Shown here piece after piece: positions 1-9,529 of a DNA stretch of 32,000 nucleotides. The stretch lies in NCBI RefSeq assembly GCF_000016745.1, contig NC_009483.1, forward strand, positions 4,830,001 through 4,862,000, in the 5' to 3' direction. Each line of letters opens with the position of its first letter. Positions within the stretch are counted from its first letter, which is position 1. The position numbers were made by a program, and so were the translations under genes. The stretch is from Geotalea uraniireducens Rf4 (GTDB lineage Bacteria; Desulfobacterota; Desulfuromonadia; Geobacterales; Geobacteraceae). The notes beneath the pieces were generated by a model. It was not told the DNA's origin, ran no database searches, and saw only the letters and a list, made by a program, of their open reading frames with translations.

Positions 1-955
1 CGAGGAGATCCCCGTTGAAACCAGCGATGAAATCGGCACACTGGCCGAGGCGTTCAACAAGATGACCACCGTCATTGTCAAAAATCTCAAAGGGGAGATT
101 GACAAAAGCTCCAGGCTGATCGCCTCCATAAGGGAAGCCATAATCCGGTTGTCCAGCTCCGCCAACGAAATGATGGCCATCAGCGCCCAGCAATCTTCCG
201 GCGCCACCCAGCAGGCAACCGCCGTGCAGGAAGTGACGACAACCTCGGAAGAGATCGCCATTACCGCCAAGCAGATAACGGACAATGCCAAATCGGTCGA
301 GTCCATGGCAGAGGAAACCACCCAGAGCTGCACCGCGGGCACAAGCGATGTGACCAACGCTATTGAAGGAATGACCATACTGAAAACCCAGGTCCAGAGC
401 ATTGCCGAGAGCATGCTGCAACTTGGGGACAACAGCCAGAAAATCGGCGGGATTGTTGAAATCATCGATGAAATCAGCGATCAGACCAACCTGCTTGCCC
501 TCAACGCGGCCATTGAGGCTGCAGGCGCCGGAGAAGCGGGCAAACGCTTCGCCATCGTCGCACAGGAAGTAAAACGGCTGGCAGAACGGACCGTTGATGC
601 CACCAAGCAGATCAAGGGGCTTATCGAAGAAATCCAGAAGGCGACCAACAGCACCATCATGGTTACCGAAGAGGGGACCAAGGGGGTGGATGCCGCATCA
701 GCGTTGGTGGACAAGGTCCAGCTCTCGTTCAGCAACATCATCAACATGGTGGAAGAGACCGCCCGGGCCGCCAAGGAGATAACCCTCTCCACCCAGCAGC
801 AGACCTCAGCCTGCGAGCAAATGGCGGAAACCATGACCGAGGTGCGGGACGTGGCCCAGCAGGTGGCTACGAGCGCTACTGAAACCGAACGTGCCATATC
901 GGATATCATGGAACAGACGGAAAAACTGCGGGATCTGAGCGACAAAGAGGCCTAG
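1..955 (+). CDS. Methyl-accepting chemotaxis protein, C-terminal part (5' end outside window)
   Basis: The frame is open from base 2 and reads [23 protein letters not shown] (end of a HAMP domain). It continues into the conserved MCP signalling hairpin [39 protein letters not shown]. Stop is TAG at 953-955. Confidence 0.9.
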   Translation, partial: EEIPVETSDEIGTLAEAFNKMTTVIVKNLKGEIDKSSRLIASIREAIIRLSSSANEMMAISAQQSSGATQQATAVQEVTTTSEEIAITAKQITDNAKSVESMAEETTQSCTAGTSDVTNAIEGMTILKTQVQSIAESMLQLGDNSQKIGGIVEIIDEISDQTNLLALNAAIEAAGAGEAGKRFAIVAQEVKRLAERTVDATKQIKGLIEEIQKATNSTIMVTEEGTKGVDAASALVDKVQLSFSNIINMVEETARAAKEITLSTQQQTSACEQMAETMTEVRDVAQQVATSATETERAISDIMEQTEKLRDLSDKEA

Positions 956-3016
956 ATGCCGAACCTGAACAAATACCTCAAGATATTCTTCAAGGAAGCG
1001 CAGGAGCACCTGGAAGCTCTCCAGAAGGGGCTTCTCACCCTGGAAAAGGAGCCGGCCGACCGGGTGCTCCTTCGCGACCTCATGCGCAATGCCCACACCC
1101 TGAAAGGATCGGCGAAACTGGTGGGGCTGGAGGAGATAGGCGCCATCGCCCACCGAATGGAAGACCTGTTCGAGGAGATCGAAAGGGGGGGCAGGGAGGT
1201 GAACAGCCAGGTCATCGACCTCTTGCTTAAGGGATCTGACGCCATTTCCCGGCTGGTCACCGCCCGGATCAACAACGATGAGCCGCCGTTCGACGTGGAG
1301 AAATTCATCATCGCCTTTACACAAGGTGATATCACCCCCGAAGTGCTGGAAAGGAAAGTACTGCCCCAGGCTAACGAAGGAGAGGAAACGGTCCGGACCA
1401 ATGTTAAAACCCTCGACAACCTCATCAACCGCCTCGGCGAGCTGATCATAAACAAAAAGCGCTTCGAAGATAAAATTGTCCGGCTGAAGGGTCTGTGCGG
1501 CAAAACCGTCGACCAGGAATTCGCTCCTGCGCTCCAGGGATTTCAACGGGAGCTGGAGGAAGATGTCCTGTACCTCGATTACCTGGTTCAGGAGCTGCAT
1601 GGCGAGGCAATGGCTCTTCGCATGCTTCCGTTGCGTACCATTACCGACGGGTTTGAGCGCATGGTACGCGATCTGTCGCATGAACAGGGAAAGATAATCG
1701 AATTTAAGGTCACCGGTGCGCAGATCGAGATGGATCGGGTGCTCCTTGATGCTGTCAAGCCCATGATCCTGCACATTCTCAGGAACTCCGTGGATCATGG
1801 CATTGAATCCCTCGAAGAGCGCCTTGTGGAGGGAAAACCGCCAAAGGGCACCATAGAAATATCTGCCAGGCTTGATGGAGGCGGGGTACGTCTGGATATT
1901 CGCGATGACGGTCGGGGGATCGACCCGCAGCTGGTCAGAGAGGCAGCACTGCGCAAAAGGCTAATCAGCCGGGAAGACGCCGTTTCAATGGATGACAATG
2001 CCGCGCGCTACCTGATCCTCGAAGAGGGCTTCTCTACCAGGGATTTTATCACCGACACATCCGGCCGCGGCATCGGCATGGGTGTGGTGAAAAAAAACAT
2101 GGAACGGATGAAAGGGCATCTTTCCATCGTCAGCGAAGTCGGCCGCTTTACCGAGTTCACGCTGCAACTGCCGCTGACCCTCTCGATCATGGAAACCCTG
2201 CTGATCCTCTGCGCTGGAGAATGTTACGCCGTTCCCCTCTCTTACGTTCAGGAAACGATTAAAATCCGCAGTGAAGACATAACCACCGTCGGCGGCAAAG
2301 AGGTGATATCCCTGCGCGGCGCCACCATACCGCTGGTGTCGTTGCCGGCCCTCCTTGGACTCACAGAAAACAAGACCCTGCTGAAATCGGAGAGAATCAC
2401 GGCGATTATCGTATCCTTACGCGGACAATGCCTTGCCTGCACCATCGATGCAAGCCTGGAAAGTTCGGAGGTAGTGGTAAAAAGCCTCGGTAACCAGCTG
2501 AAAAATGTCACCTTCGTCTTCGGCGCCACCATTCTCGGCAACGGCGATCCTGCCCTTATTCTCAACGTGCCGGACATCTTCGCCAGGGCCGAAGGGGGCG
2601 CTTCGACCGGTTTCCGCGCGATGATCGAGGAGCGCCGGGCAACCAGGGCAAAGGGACACATCCTGGTGGTGGACGATTCCATCACCACCCGTACCATGGA
2701 ACGGAGCATTCTGGTCACCCACGGCTACGAGGTGGAAATCGCCATTTCCGGCGAGGACGCACTGGAAAAGGTGGCCGGCACAAGGTTCGACCTGGTAATT
2801 TCCGATGTGATGATGCCCGGCATCAGCGGTTTCGAATTGACCAGGAGACTGCGGACAATGGAAGATTATCGGGATGTGCCGGTCATCATCGTTTCATCCC
2901 TGGCCCGCGACGAAGACAAGCGCCAGGCTATGGAGTCCGGCGCCCAGGCTTACATTGTGAAGGGAACCTTTGACCAGGGAACCCTGCTTGAAACGGTAAA
3001 AGCCTTCCTCAGCTGA
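956..3016 (+). CDS. cheA: Chemotaxis histidine kinase CheA with C-terminal receiver domain (CheA-REC hybrid)
   Basis: HPt motif MRNAHTLKGSAKLVG. Kinase boxes ILRNSVDHGIE, DDGRGID and GRGIGMGVV. CheW-like P5 region, then a receiver domain (ILVVDDS...LVISDVMMPGISG...IVKG). The ATG directly abuts the MCP stop codon. Confidence 0.92.
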   Translation: MPNLNKYLKIFFKEAQEHLEALQKGLLTLEKEPADRVLLRDLMRNAHTLKGSAKLVGLEEIGAIAHRMEDLFEEIERGGREVNSQVIDLLLKGSDAISRLVTARINNDEPPFDVEKFIIAFTQGDITPEVLERKVLPQANEGEETVRTNVKTLDNLINRLGELIINKKRFEDKIVRLKGLCGKTVDQEFAPALQGFQRELEEDVLYLDYLVQELHGEAMALRMLPLRTITDGFERMVRDLSHEQGKIIEFKVTGAQIEMDRVLLDAVKPMILHILRNSVDHGIESLEERLVEGKPPKGTIEISARLDGGGVRLDIRDDGRGIDPQLVREAALRKRLISREDAVSMDDNAARYLILEEGFSTRDFITDTSGRGIGMGVVKKNMERMKGHLSIVSEVGRFTEFTLQLPLTLSIMETLLILCAGECYAVPLSYVQETIKIRSEDITTVGGKEVISLRGATIPLVSLPALLGLTENKTLLKSERITAIIVSLRGQCLACTIDASLESSEVVVKSLGNQLKNVTFVFGATILGNGDPALILNVPDIFARAEGGASTGFRAMIEERRATRAKGHILVVDDSITTRTMERSILVTHGYEVEIAISGEDALEKVAGTRFDLVISDVMMPGISGFELTRRLRTMEDYRDVPVIIVSSLARDEDKRQAMESGAQAYIVKGTFDQGTLLETVKAFLS

Positions 3017-3054
3017 TACTTGCCTGCAATGGAATAATTTAAGGTGGTCTGTTA

Positions 3055-4098
3055 ATGATAAAGGTTTTACTCACAGACGATTCGCTTTTGGCCAGGGAGA
3101 TCCTCAAGGACATTTTTCGCGCCACGAGCGACATTTTGGTTGTCGGCGAAGCGGTAAACGGCACTGAGGCTGTCCTGATGACCGAACGGCTGAATCCCGA
3201 CCTGATCATCATGGATCTGATGATGCCGGTTATGGACGGACTGACCGCCATCGAGGAGATAATGGCGCGATTCCCGACGCCGATCCTGGTCCTTTCAGCC
3301 ACCCTGGACGACAGTGAGATCAACAACGCCTTTGCCGCCATCAAAAGGGGCGCCCTCGACGTCATGGCCAAACCGGGGGGAGAGGAAATCAACGGGACGT
3401 CGGGAGGCTTCAGCGCAACGCTCATCGACAAAGTCAGGATGCTTGCCCGGATAAAGGTCATACGCCGCAGACCGAGTATCAGGCCCAAATTTATTCCAAA
3501 CAACACATTACCCTTACCGGCGGGCGACAGGCAGGTTCTTGCCATCGGCGCATCCACGGGGGGACCTCAGGCGGTGATGAGCATCGTCAAGTCGCTTCCG
3601 GCTGATTTTAAAGCAACGACCTTTATCGTCCAGCATATTGCAAGCGGCTTTGCCGACGGATTCGCCCAGTGGCTCAACCGGGAATGCAGCATATCCGTGC
3701 GCCTCGCCGCAGATGGCGATGAGTTCAAACAGGGTGAGGTTCTTGTAGCCCCCGGCAACCATCACATGATCGTCAGCGATGGGGTAATCAGGCTCACACA
3801 GGACAAGCCTGTCAACTGCTGCCGCCCCTCCATCGATGTCCTCTTCAAATCACTGGCCATGGAACAGGGGGCGCGGGTGGTAGGCGTCCTCCTCTCCGGC
3901 ATGGGAAAGGACGGAGCGCAGGGTTTCATCCATATCAAAGAACGGGGAGGATTGACAATCGCCCAGGATGAACGGAGCTGCGCCGTGTTCGGCATGCCCA
4001 AGGCGGCCATAGCCATGAACGCCGTGGACCTGATAGTGCCGCTCGCCGGTATTCCTGACACGCTCTCGAAAATATTCCACACAACAGGAGATAAATGA
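3055..4098 (+). CDS. cheB: Chemotaxis protein-glutamate methylesterase CheB (REC + methylesterase)
   Basis: N-terminal receiver (VLLTDDS...IIMDLMMP). Catalytic motifs GASTGGP, VQHI and GMGKDG. RBS AAGGTGG lies upstream of the ATG at 3055. Confidence 0.93.
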   Translation: MIKVLLTDDSLLAREILKDIFRATSDILVVGEAVNGTEAVLMTERLNPDLIIMDLMMPVMDGLTAIEEIMARFPTPILVLSATLDDSEINNAFAAIKRGALDVMAKPGGEEINGTSGGFSATLIDKVRMLARIKVIRRRPSIRPKFIPNNTLPLPAGDRQVLAIGASTGGPQAVMSIVKSLPADFKATTFIVQHIASGFADGFAQWLNRECSISVRLAADGDEFKQGEVLVAPGNHHMIVSDGVIRLTQDKPVNCCRPSIDVLFKSLAMEQGARVVGVLLSGMGKDGAQGFIHIKERGGLTIAQDERSCAVFGMPKAAIAMNAVDLIVPLAGIPDTLSKIFHTTGDK

Positions 4099-4101
4099 CC
4101 C

Positions 4102-4482
4102 ATGTCAAAACAGAGAATTCTGATCGTCGACGATAGCGAACTGGTCCTGGCAATGGCGCGCGACGCCCTTGAAGAGGCTGGTTATGAAGTGATATGTGCT
4201 CAGAATGGTTTGGAGGCCAATAGTTACATTTTTTCGATGAACAAACCGGATCTCATCATCCTGGATGTCATGCTGCCGATGCTCGATGGGAACAAGAAGG
4301 CAAAACTTCTCCGGGAGAAGGAATCCAGCTGCAAGATCCCCATTCTGCTCTTGTCATCCAAAAGCGAAGATGATTTGCGCCGCCTCACGGCTGAGTCGGG
4401 TGCCGACGGCTACATCGGCAAGCCTTTTACCAGCGAGGGGATAGTCGCCAGTGTCAAAAAGTTTCTGACCAAACCATCCTGA
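4102..4482 (+). CDS. Single-domain response regulator receiver (CheY-like)
   Basis: 126 aa with ILIVDDS, IILDVMLP, LLLSS and GKPF receiver signature positions. It starts 3 nt after the cheB stop. Confidence 0.85.
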   Translation: MSKQRILIVDDSELVLAMARDALEEAGYEVICAQNGLEANSYIFSMNKPDLIILDVMLPMLDGNKKAKLLREKESSCKIPILLLSSKSEDDLRRLTAESGADGYIGKPFTSEGIVASVKKFLTKPS

Positions 4483-4569
4483 ACGCCGGAGTGCCGGAAA
4501 CTTCTTCACAACGATGGTGCGTTATGCTAGATTTACCCTGCTTTTAATCACAATATTTCGAGGATTTTC

Positions 4570-6054
4570 ATGGCCTTGCGTGTATACAATACCCTTACGG
4601 GAACCAAAGAAGATTTCGTACCGATCGAACCGGGAAAAGTCAAAATGTACGTGTGCGGCGTGACGGTTTACGACCATTGCCACATCGGCCATGCCCGTGC
4701 CAACGTGGTCTTTGACGTAATTTACCGCTACCTCCGGTCACTGGGCCTGGAGGTGAACTATGTGCGCAACTACACCGACATCGACGACAAGATCATCAAC
4801 CGGGCCAACCGGGAAGGGGTGGCATACGATGCGATCTCGGAACGCTTCATCAAGGAGTTTGACCGGGACATGGCGCAACTCGGCCTCCTGCTCCCCACCA
4901 GTCAGCCGAAGGCAACCGAGCACATCCCGGAGATCATTACACTGGTGCAAACCCTTATCGATAAAGGGTTTGCCTATCAAATGGGAGGAGATGTCAACTT
5001 CTGCGTGGAGAAGTTCGACCCGTACCTCAAACTCTCCAAGCGAAATCTGGAGGATATGCAGGCCGGCGCCAGAATCGAAGTGGACGAGCGGAAACGCCAC
5101 CCCATGGATTTCGTCCTCTGGAAGGAAGCGAAGCCGGGCGAGCCTTTCTGGGAATCGCCCTGGGGCAAAGGTCGTCCAGGATGGCACATAGAATGCTCAG
5201 CCATGAGCATGAAGTACCTGGGGGAGACCTTCGACATCCATGGCGGCGGCAAGGACCTGGTATTCCCCCACCACGAAAACGAAATCGCCCAGTCTGAAGC
5301 CGCCTCCGGCAAGCCGTTCGTCAAATACTGGCTGCACAATGGCTTTGTCAACATCAACTCGGAAAAGATGAGCAAGTCTCTTGGCAACTTTTTTACCATC
5401 AAAGAGGTGCTGGATAAGTACGACAGCGAGGTCCTCCGCTTCTTTCTCCTCTCCGCCCACTATCGGTCACCGCTCGATTTTTCCGACCAGAACCTGACAG
5501 AAGCGGAAACCGGCATGGAGAGGATTTACAAGGCGCTGGTTGCCATCGACGAAACCTTGGCATCAAACCCGGCCACCGGCGGGGAGGAAATCGACGCGAG
5601 CTCTCTCGGCGAGGCCGAGCGCGAACTCTTCGACAAATCCGGCTCACTGCCGCTGCGCTTCCGGGAAGCAATGGATGACGACTTCAATACTGCTTTGGCA
5701 ATGGGGCACATCTTTGATCTGGTGCGTTGCGTAAACCGCGTTCTGAGCGAAGCCAAGGAGCGCAGCAACACCTTGTCGGCGCTCTGCGCCCAGGTTAAGG
5801 CCAATATCGGAAAGATCGCCGACGTCCTCGGCATTTTCACTTCCGAACCGGCATCCTTGCTGACAAGATTAAAGGATCGAAAAGCGAGCGAGCTTGATAT
5901 TTCTGTTGAAGAAATCGAACGGCTCATTACGGAGCGCGCAGCAGCAAGGAAGGCTAAAGACTTCAAGCGAAGCGACGAGATACGGGATTTTCTCCTCGGC
6001 AAGAATATTGTGCTCCTCGATTCCGCACAAGGGACAAGCTGGAGCGTAAAGTAA
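4570..6054 (+). CDS. cysS: Cysteine--tRNA ligase
   Basis: Class I synthetase motifs HIGHARANV (HIGH) and [10 protein letters not shown] (KMSKS). GWHIECSAM zinc-site region. RBS AGGA lies 6 nt upstream of the ATG. Confidence 0.97.
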   Translation: MALRVYNTLTGTKEDFVPIEPGKVKMYVCGVTVYDHCHIGHARANVVFDVIYRYLRSLGLEVNYVRNYTDIDDKIINRANREGVAYDAISERFIKEFDRDMAQLGLLLPTSQPKATEHIPEIITLVQTLIDKGFAYQMGGDVNFCVEKFDPYLKLSKRNLEDMQAGARIEVDERKRHPMDFVLWKEAKPGEPFWESPWGKGRPGWHIECSAMSMKYLGETFDIHGGGKDLVFPHHENEIAQSEAASGKPFVKYWLHNGFVNINSEKMSKSLGNFFTIKEVLDKYDSEVLRFFLLSAHYRSPLDFSDQNLTEAETGMERIYKALVAIDETLASNPATGGEEIDASSLGEAERELFDKSGSLPLRFREAMDDDFNTALAMGHIFDLVRCVNRVLSEAKERSNTLSALCAQVKANIGKIADVLGIFTSEPASLLTRLKDRKASELDISVEEIERLITERAAARKAKDFKRSDEIRDFLLGKNIVLLDSAQGTSWSVK

Positions 6055-6063
6055 AAATGACAC

Positions 6064-6091
6064 AAAAAAGGCCGCAATAGCGGCCATTTTT
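6064..6091. terminator. Bidirectional intrinsic terminator between cysS and the convergent small gene
   Basis: AAAAAA-GGCCGC-aata-GCGGCC-ATTTTT: a 6-bp GC stem flanked by an A-run and a T-run, so it reads as hairpin plus U-tract on both strands. Confidence 0.7.
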
Positions 6092-6112
6092 GTGGGTATG
6101 CAACCTGTTTCT

Positions 6113-6298
6113 TCAGGCCGCTCTTTGGGTCATCTCAAGTGCAGCAAGCCTTGTCTTAACCAGTTCCATCGCCTCTCTCATGATATCGGAAACACTCCTG
6201 TTGGTGGTATTGACGATCTGCTCCAACGTTTCCCTCTCCTCGTCACTGATTCTCATGGAGATTACATTGTACCTCGGATTTTCTCTCATTCTGCCCAT
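6113..6298 (-). CDS. Small (61 aa) ribbon-helix-helix-like DNA-binding protein; candidate HgtR-type repressor by context
   Basis: Strong RBS GGAGGA 4 nt before the ATG. NVISMRISDEERETLEQIVNTTNRSVSDIMREAMELV fits a beta-strand/helix/helix (RHH) pattern by eye. It has its own sigma-54-type promoter upstream and a terminator downstream. Confidence 0.65.
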   Translation of the reverse strand: MGRMRENPRYNVISMRISDEERETLEQIVNTTNRSVSDIMREAMELVKTRLAALEMTQRAA

Positions 6299-6346
6299 GG
6301 CGTCCTCCTATATTTTTGTTTTTGTTTTAACCGGATATCTCACTAA

Positions 6347-6363
6347 TTGCGATATGCATGCCA
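6347..6363 (-). promoter_or_regulatory. Sigma-54 (-24/-12) promoter candidate for the RHH gene
   Basis: The minus strand reads TGGCATGCATATCGCAA, i.e. TGGCAT-N5-TCGCA with canonical GG-N10-GC spacing (consensus TGGCAC-N5-TTGCW). It lies about 50 nt upstream of the ATG at 6298. Confidence 0.5.
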
Positions 6364-6458
6364 ACAGACGATAGCAACGCCACAAATATGTAACAAGCTG
6401 ATATTATGGAGTTTTGCGCAGATTACAACAGCCTAATCATCGGATAGCGTATACGTTT

Positions 6459-6476
6459 TGTGCCGCGTTTGGCACA
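6459..6476. promoter_or_regulatory. Perfect palindrome TGTGCC-N6-GGCACA; candidate enhancer (UAS) site
   Basis: TGTGCCGCGTTTGGCACA lies about 100-125 bp upstream of the -24/-12 element, the usual distance for an enhancer-binding-protein site. An extra GGCACA half-site occurs at 6551-6556. Confidence 0.45.
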
Positions 6477-6599
6477 CAGCAACCAAGGATGCGCTATTTT
6501 GTCCTAGCAGCAGCATAAAACCCGCGCGGCCATCATCGATTCCTCACCGCGGCACACCATAACCTTCCCGCCTTGATCGCGCAAAAACGCCACTTTGCC

Positions 6600-8867
6600 T
6601 CATGAATTCGCCCCACGCCCCTTTAAACCATGCTTATCCAGAAGACGGTAAAATGTCCTGCGGGGGATATTGGCAAGTTGTGCCGCTTTTGACACATTGC
6701 CACCGGCATCGGCCAGGTAACGCTGGATAAGCTTCTTTTCCACCCGCATGACGTGGGGCTCTCGCTCGTGCTTGAAGGACCTGAGATCAGGAACGTCATC
6801 CGCCTCTTCGGCATAATTCTCGGCAAAGACCAGCGGCAGATTGCCCAACTTGATGATCTCGTCGTGGGTAAGAACAGCAGCTCGCTCGATGACGTTCTGC
6901 ATCTCCCTGATATTTCCGGGCCATGAATACTGCATCATCGCCTTAACCGCCCGGTCCTCCAGGCCGACAATGCTCTTGTTCAGCTTATTACGCGCCTTTT
7001 CGAGGAAATGGTGCGCCAGGAGCGGTATGGATTCGACCCTGCTGCGCAGCGGCGGCATGGTGATGGCAAATACGTTGAGACGATAATAGAGGTCTTCCCT
7101 GAACCAGCCGTCCCTCACCCCTTCTTCCAGCTTTTTGTTGGTTGCGGCGATAAGGCGCACATCGACTTTTTTCGCCGCCGTCCCCCCCACCGGCCGCACG
7201 TCACCCGAGTCGAGGACGCGCAGCAGTTCAGCCTGCAACTTGGGGGTTATGTCGCCGATTTCGTCAAGAAAGATGGTGCCGCCGTCAGCAGCCTCGAAAA
7301 GACCCTTTTTATCGGCAATCGCGCCGGTAAAGGCCCCTTTTTTGTGGCCGAAGAGTTCACTTTCCAACAGCGAGTCGGTAATGGTAGTGCAGTTCACCGT
7401 AACCAGCGGTTTATCGTTTCTCTTGCTGTAACGGTGAATGGCACGTGCAGTCAGTTCCTTGCCGGTTCCCGATTCACCTCGGATCAGAACGGTGGTCGGC
7501 GTCGGTCCAACCTGCTTGATCAGGTCAAGAACTTCGTGGGTTTTCATATCTTCTCCGACGATGAACTCATCGCCGTATTCCCGGTCCAGTTCACGCCTTG
7601 CCAGCTCATACTTTTCGATCAGCCGCCCGCGATCCTCTTCAAGCTGCTGCAGGTTGTAGGGAAGACACATTTCCAGGTCGGCAAGCCCCTGAAAAACGGC
7701 AACCGCATACTCCCGGCAGGTACGATAACCACAAGCGCGGCAGTTCAGTTCGTCCTTCTGGGTAAACTTGTTCGTGGCATGCAGTACTTTTTTGACATCA
7801 CTCCCCTTTGGCACTTTAAACTTTGCATATTTATTGGCAAATGAACGCGTCAAAGGAAGCGGTTCCCGTTGCTCCAGATAATGGGGCGCCGTACGATAAG
7901 GGGCCTCGTTTTTAAAATGAGAGATAATCAGGTTTCGTTTGTAGAACTCGGTCAGTTCGGAATTCTTGCCCGGCCCGCCGATGCACCCTTCGTAACAGAA
8001 ACGGACGTCGACAATACGGGGGTTGATCCGCCCGGAGGCAAGGTCCCTGATGATCCCCATGACGTTGACCTCCCCCGCCGCGGTCACGATCTCGGTATCG
8101 AGAGGGTCTGTGGCAATGGAAAATGCCTTGAACGTACCTTCGGAAATGGGGAAGAGTCTTCCAAGGTGGGGCTGCAAGCCGTCAAACGGTTCTTCTTTCA
8201 ACGAGGCGGGATTGATCGCCCGGTTTTTAAAAATCTCCTCCAGTTCCCGATAGGTAAGGACCGTGTCGATGGCCCCCGTCGTCTCTTCGGCCTGGATTTC
8301 AAACTTGGCTGCAATGCATGAACTCAGATAGACCACCTTCACATCCGGACCGAGTACATTTTTCAGGAAACGGCCCATGGCCACCATCGGTGAAATGACC
8401 CCGACCAGATTTTTGATAAGACTCGGGTAGTGGCGCTCTATCAGATCGACAATAGCCGGGCAATGGGAAGAAATGAGCGAACCGGCGCTCTTTTCTATTG
8501 CCTCCGCATACCCCCCGGCAATCAGTTCGACCCCGGCGGCGCCTTCATGGACCTCGGCAAAACCGAGCTTTTTCAGGCCAGCCACGAGCTGCCCGGAAGA
8601 GACGGAATGGAAAAACGCAGGAAAAGAACAGCCAAGAACGGCAATGACCGTCTGGTCGGAGGCCAGGAGTTTCTCCGTAACCCCCACCTTGTCGGTGACG
8701 ACTTTGGCGTGCTGGGGGCAGTTACTGAGGCAGTTGCCGCAGCCGATACAGCGTTCAAAAATGATCTCGGAATAGTTTTTTTCAACCTTGATGGCCTTGA
8801 CCGGGCAACTCCGGACGCAGGAATAACATTTGCGGCATTTTTCGGTCAGGGTGATAATCGGTTCCAT
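6600..8867 (-). CDS. Sigma-54-dependent transcriptional activator with N-terminal 2x[4Fe-4S] ferredoxin and [FeFe]-hydrogenase-like sensory domain
   Basis: Ferredoxin motifs [12 protein letters not shown] and [13 protein letters not shown]-cluster-like motifs [18 protein letters not shown] and [11 protein letters not shown]. Extra Cys motif [16 protein letters not shown]+ core with GESGTGKE and GAFTGA. C-terminal Fis-type HTH. The start is placed at MEPIITL (8867) because GAGGA lies 7 nt upstream and the predicted promoter is downstream of the ORF-track start. Confidence 0.9.
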   Translation of the reverse strand: MEPIITLTEKCRKCYSCVRSCPVKAIKVEKNYSEIIFERCIGCGNCLSNCPQHAKVVTDKVGVTEKLLASDQTVIAVLGCSFPAFFHSVSSGQLVAGLKKLGFAEVHEGAAGVELIAGGYAEAIEKSAGSLISSHCPAIVDLIERHYPSLIKNLVGVISPMVAMGRFLKNVLGPDVKVVYLSSCIAAKFEIQAEETTGAIDTVLTYRELEEIFKNRAINPASLKEEPFDGLQPHLGRLFPISEGTFKAFSIATDPLDTEIVTAAGEVNVMGIIRDLASGRINPRIVDVRFCYEGCIGGPGKNSELTEFYKRNLIISHFKNEAPYRTAPHYLEQREPLPLTRSFANKYAKFKVPKGSDVKKVLHATNKFTQKDELNCRACGYRTCREYAVAVFQGLADLEMCLPYNLQQLEEDRGRLIEKYELARRELDREYGDEFIVGEDMKTHEVLDLIKQVGPTPTTVLIRGESGTGKELTARAIHRYSKRNDKPLVTVNCTTITDSLLESELFGHKKGAFTGAIADKKGLFEAADGGTIFLDEIGDITPKLQAELLRVLDSGDVRPVGGTAAKKVDVRLIAATNKKLEEGVRDGWFREDLYYRLNVFAITMPPLRSRVESIPLLAHHFLEKARNKLNKSIVGLEDRAVKAMMQYSWPGNIREMQNVIERAAVLTHDEIIKLGNLPLVFAENYAEEADDVPDLRSFKHEREPHVMRVEKKLIQRYLADAGGNVSKAAQLANIPRRTFYRLLDKHGLKGRGANS

Positions 8868-8907
8868 AACAGTCCTCGTAATGGCTGGATATGCATCTGT
8901 TCCGAGC

Positions 8908-8936
8908 AGCATAGCCTAAATAAAAAAAATGTGCAA
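8908..8936 (-). promoter_or_regulatory. Sigma-70-type promoter candidate for the activator gene
   Basis: The minus strand reads TTGCAC-17 nt-TATGCT. The -35 hexamer sits inside the 8930-8947 palindrome. Confidence 0.35.
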
Positions 8937-8976
8937 CAAATGGCACACATTTCAAAATTGTGCCGTTTGCTACACA
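8930..8976. promoter_or_regulatory. Two near-palindromes related to TGTGCC-N6-GGCACA
   Basis: TGTGCAACAAATGGCACA (8930-8947) and TGTGCCGTTTGCTACACA (8959-8976). Their centres are 29 bp apart, in the divergent spacer between the activator gene and the 9252 ORF. Confidence 0.4.
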
Positions 8977-9251
8977 TCGTTTTTTGAACAAAAAACACCC
9001 TAGTGACTAGGAGGGCAAGTCAGCTAGGGCATAATGAGGATCTTTCGATCCTCGCAACTCTTATCTTTGATTATAGTATACCGCTGAGGTCACATTGCTG
9101 CAAGCAAAAAAAATGAAGTCAACCTTCCTGACATATAACGGGCCAGCGGGTATCGGACACGGGCTCAAACCTTGCGTTTGGACTTTACAAGATTGCACTC
9201 TACGGCTCGATTGTGCTATAAATTCTAAATCTAATCAGAGGAGAGCACTTC

Positions 9252-9467
9252 ATGGATCTGAAACTTGATGAACAGAAACTGATTACCGAATTTCGCCACC
9301 TGCACAAGGAAAGACAACAGGAACTCCTGGATTATGTCGCCTTTCTGCTGAAAAAGCAGGACAACATGAACGATGAAGAACGGGCAGACGCTGATAACCA
9401 GTGTCCATTACATAAACACCCAGAGGAACGGCCCGAGGCAAAAAAAGAACCCATCTTCACAGAATGA
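9252..9467 (+). CDS. Small hypothetical protein (71 aa) with DUF2281-like N-terminal motif
   Basis: RBS GAGGAG lies upstream of the ATG. EQKLITEFRHLHKERQQELLDYVAFLLKKQ resembles the helix pattern of DUF2281/antitoxin-like small proteins, and the tail is acidic/basic. A possible TTGCAC-18-TATAAA promoter lies at 9193-9222. Confidence 0.5.
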   Translation: MDLKLDEQKLITEFRHLHKERQQELLDYVAFLLKKQDNMNDEERADADNQCPLHKHPEERPEAKKEPIFTE

Positions 9468-9529
9468 GCCCGGAAGAAGCTTTTAGCGTTCCACATATTT
9501 CGTATCGCTGCACGCAAGGATATAATCCA

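Noticed and set aside
806-1798. Long antisense ORFs opposite real genes. Examples: 806-1798 (minus), 7008-7844 (plus), 15534-16652 (plus), 18531-19570 (plus), 25231-26790 (minus), 27190-28155 (minus).
   Set aside because: Each lies entirely within, and opposite to, a gene with clear family motifs. Their products are low-complexity and Arg/Gly/Pro-rich with no recognisable motifs. These are typical shadow ORFs of GC-rich coding DNA.
5182-5197. Sigma-54-like motif TGGCAC-N5-ATGCT inside cysS
   Set aside because: The spacing is canonical, but the motif lies in the middle of cysS, where it encodes the conserved GWHIEC segment. There is no downstream gene start. It is most likely a chance match.
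6090-6374. Plus-strand ORFs (94 and 84 aa) overlapping the RHH gene
   Set aside because: They lie antisense to an ORF that has a strong RBS, a promoter and a terminator. They begin inside the cysS terminator and have no RBS.
8941-8956. TGGCAC followed by ACATTTCAAA as a plus-strand sigma-54 promoter for the 9252 ORF
   Set aside because: There is no GC at the -12 position (TCAA instead of TTGC). The TGGCAC is better explained as the right half of the TGTGCA-N6-GGCACA palindrome.
9087-9102. Weak -24/-12-like motif AGGTCA-N5-CTGCA upstream of the 9252 ORF
   Set aside because: Only the GG and the -12 TGCA match, and the -24 box is poor. It is not sufficient to call a promoter, although its position about 150 bp from the palindromes is suggestive.
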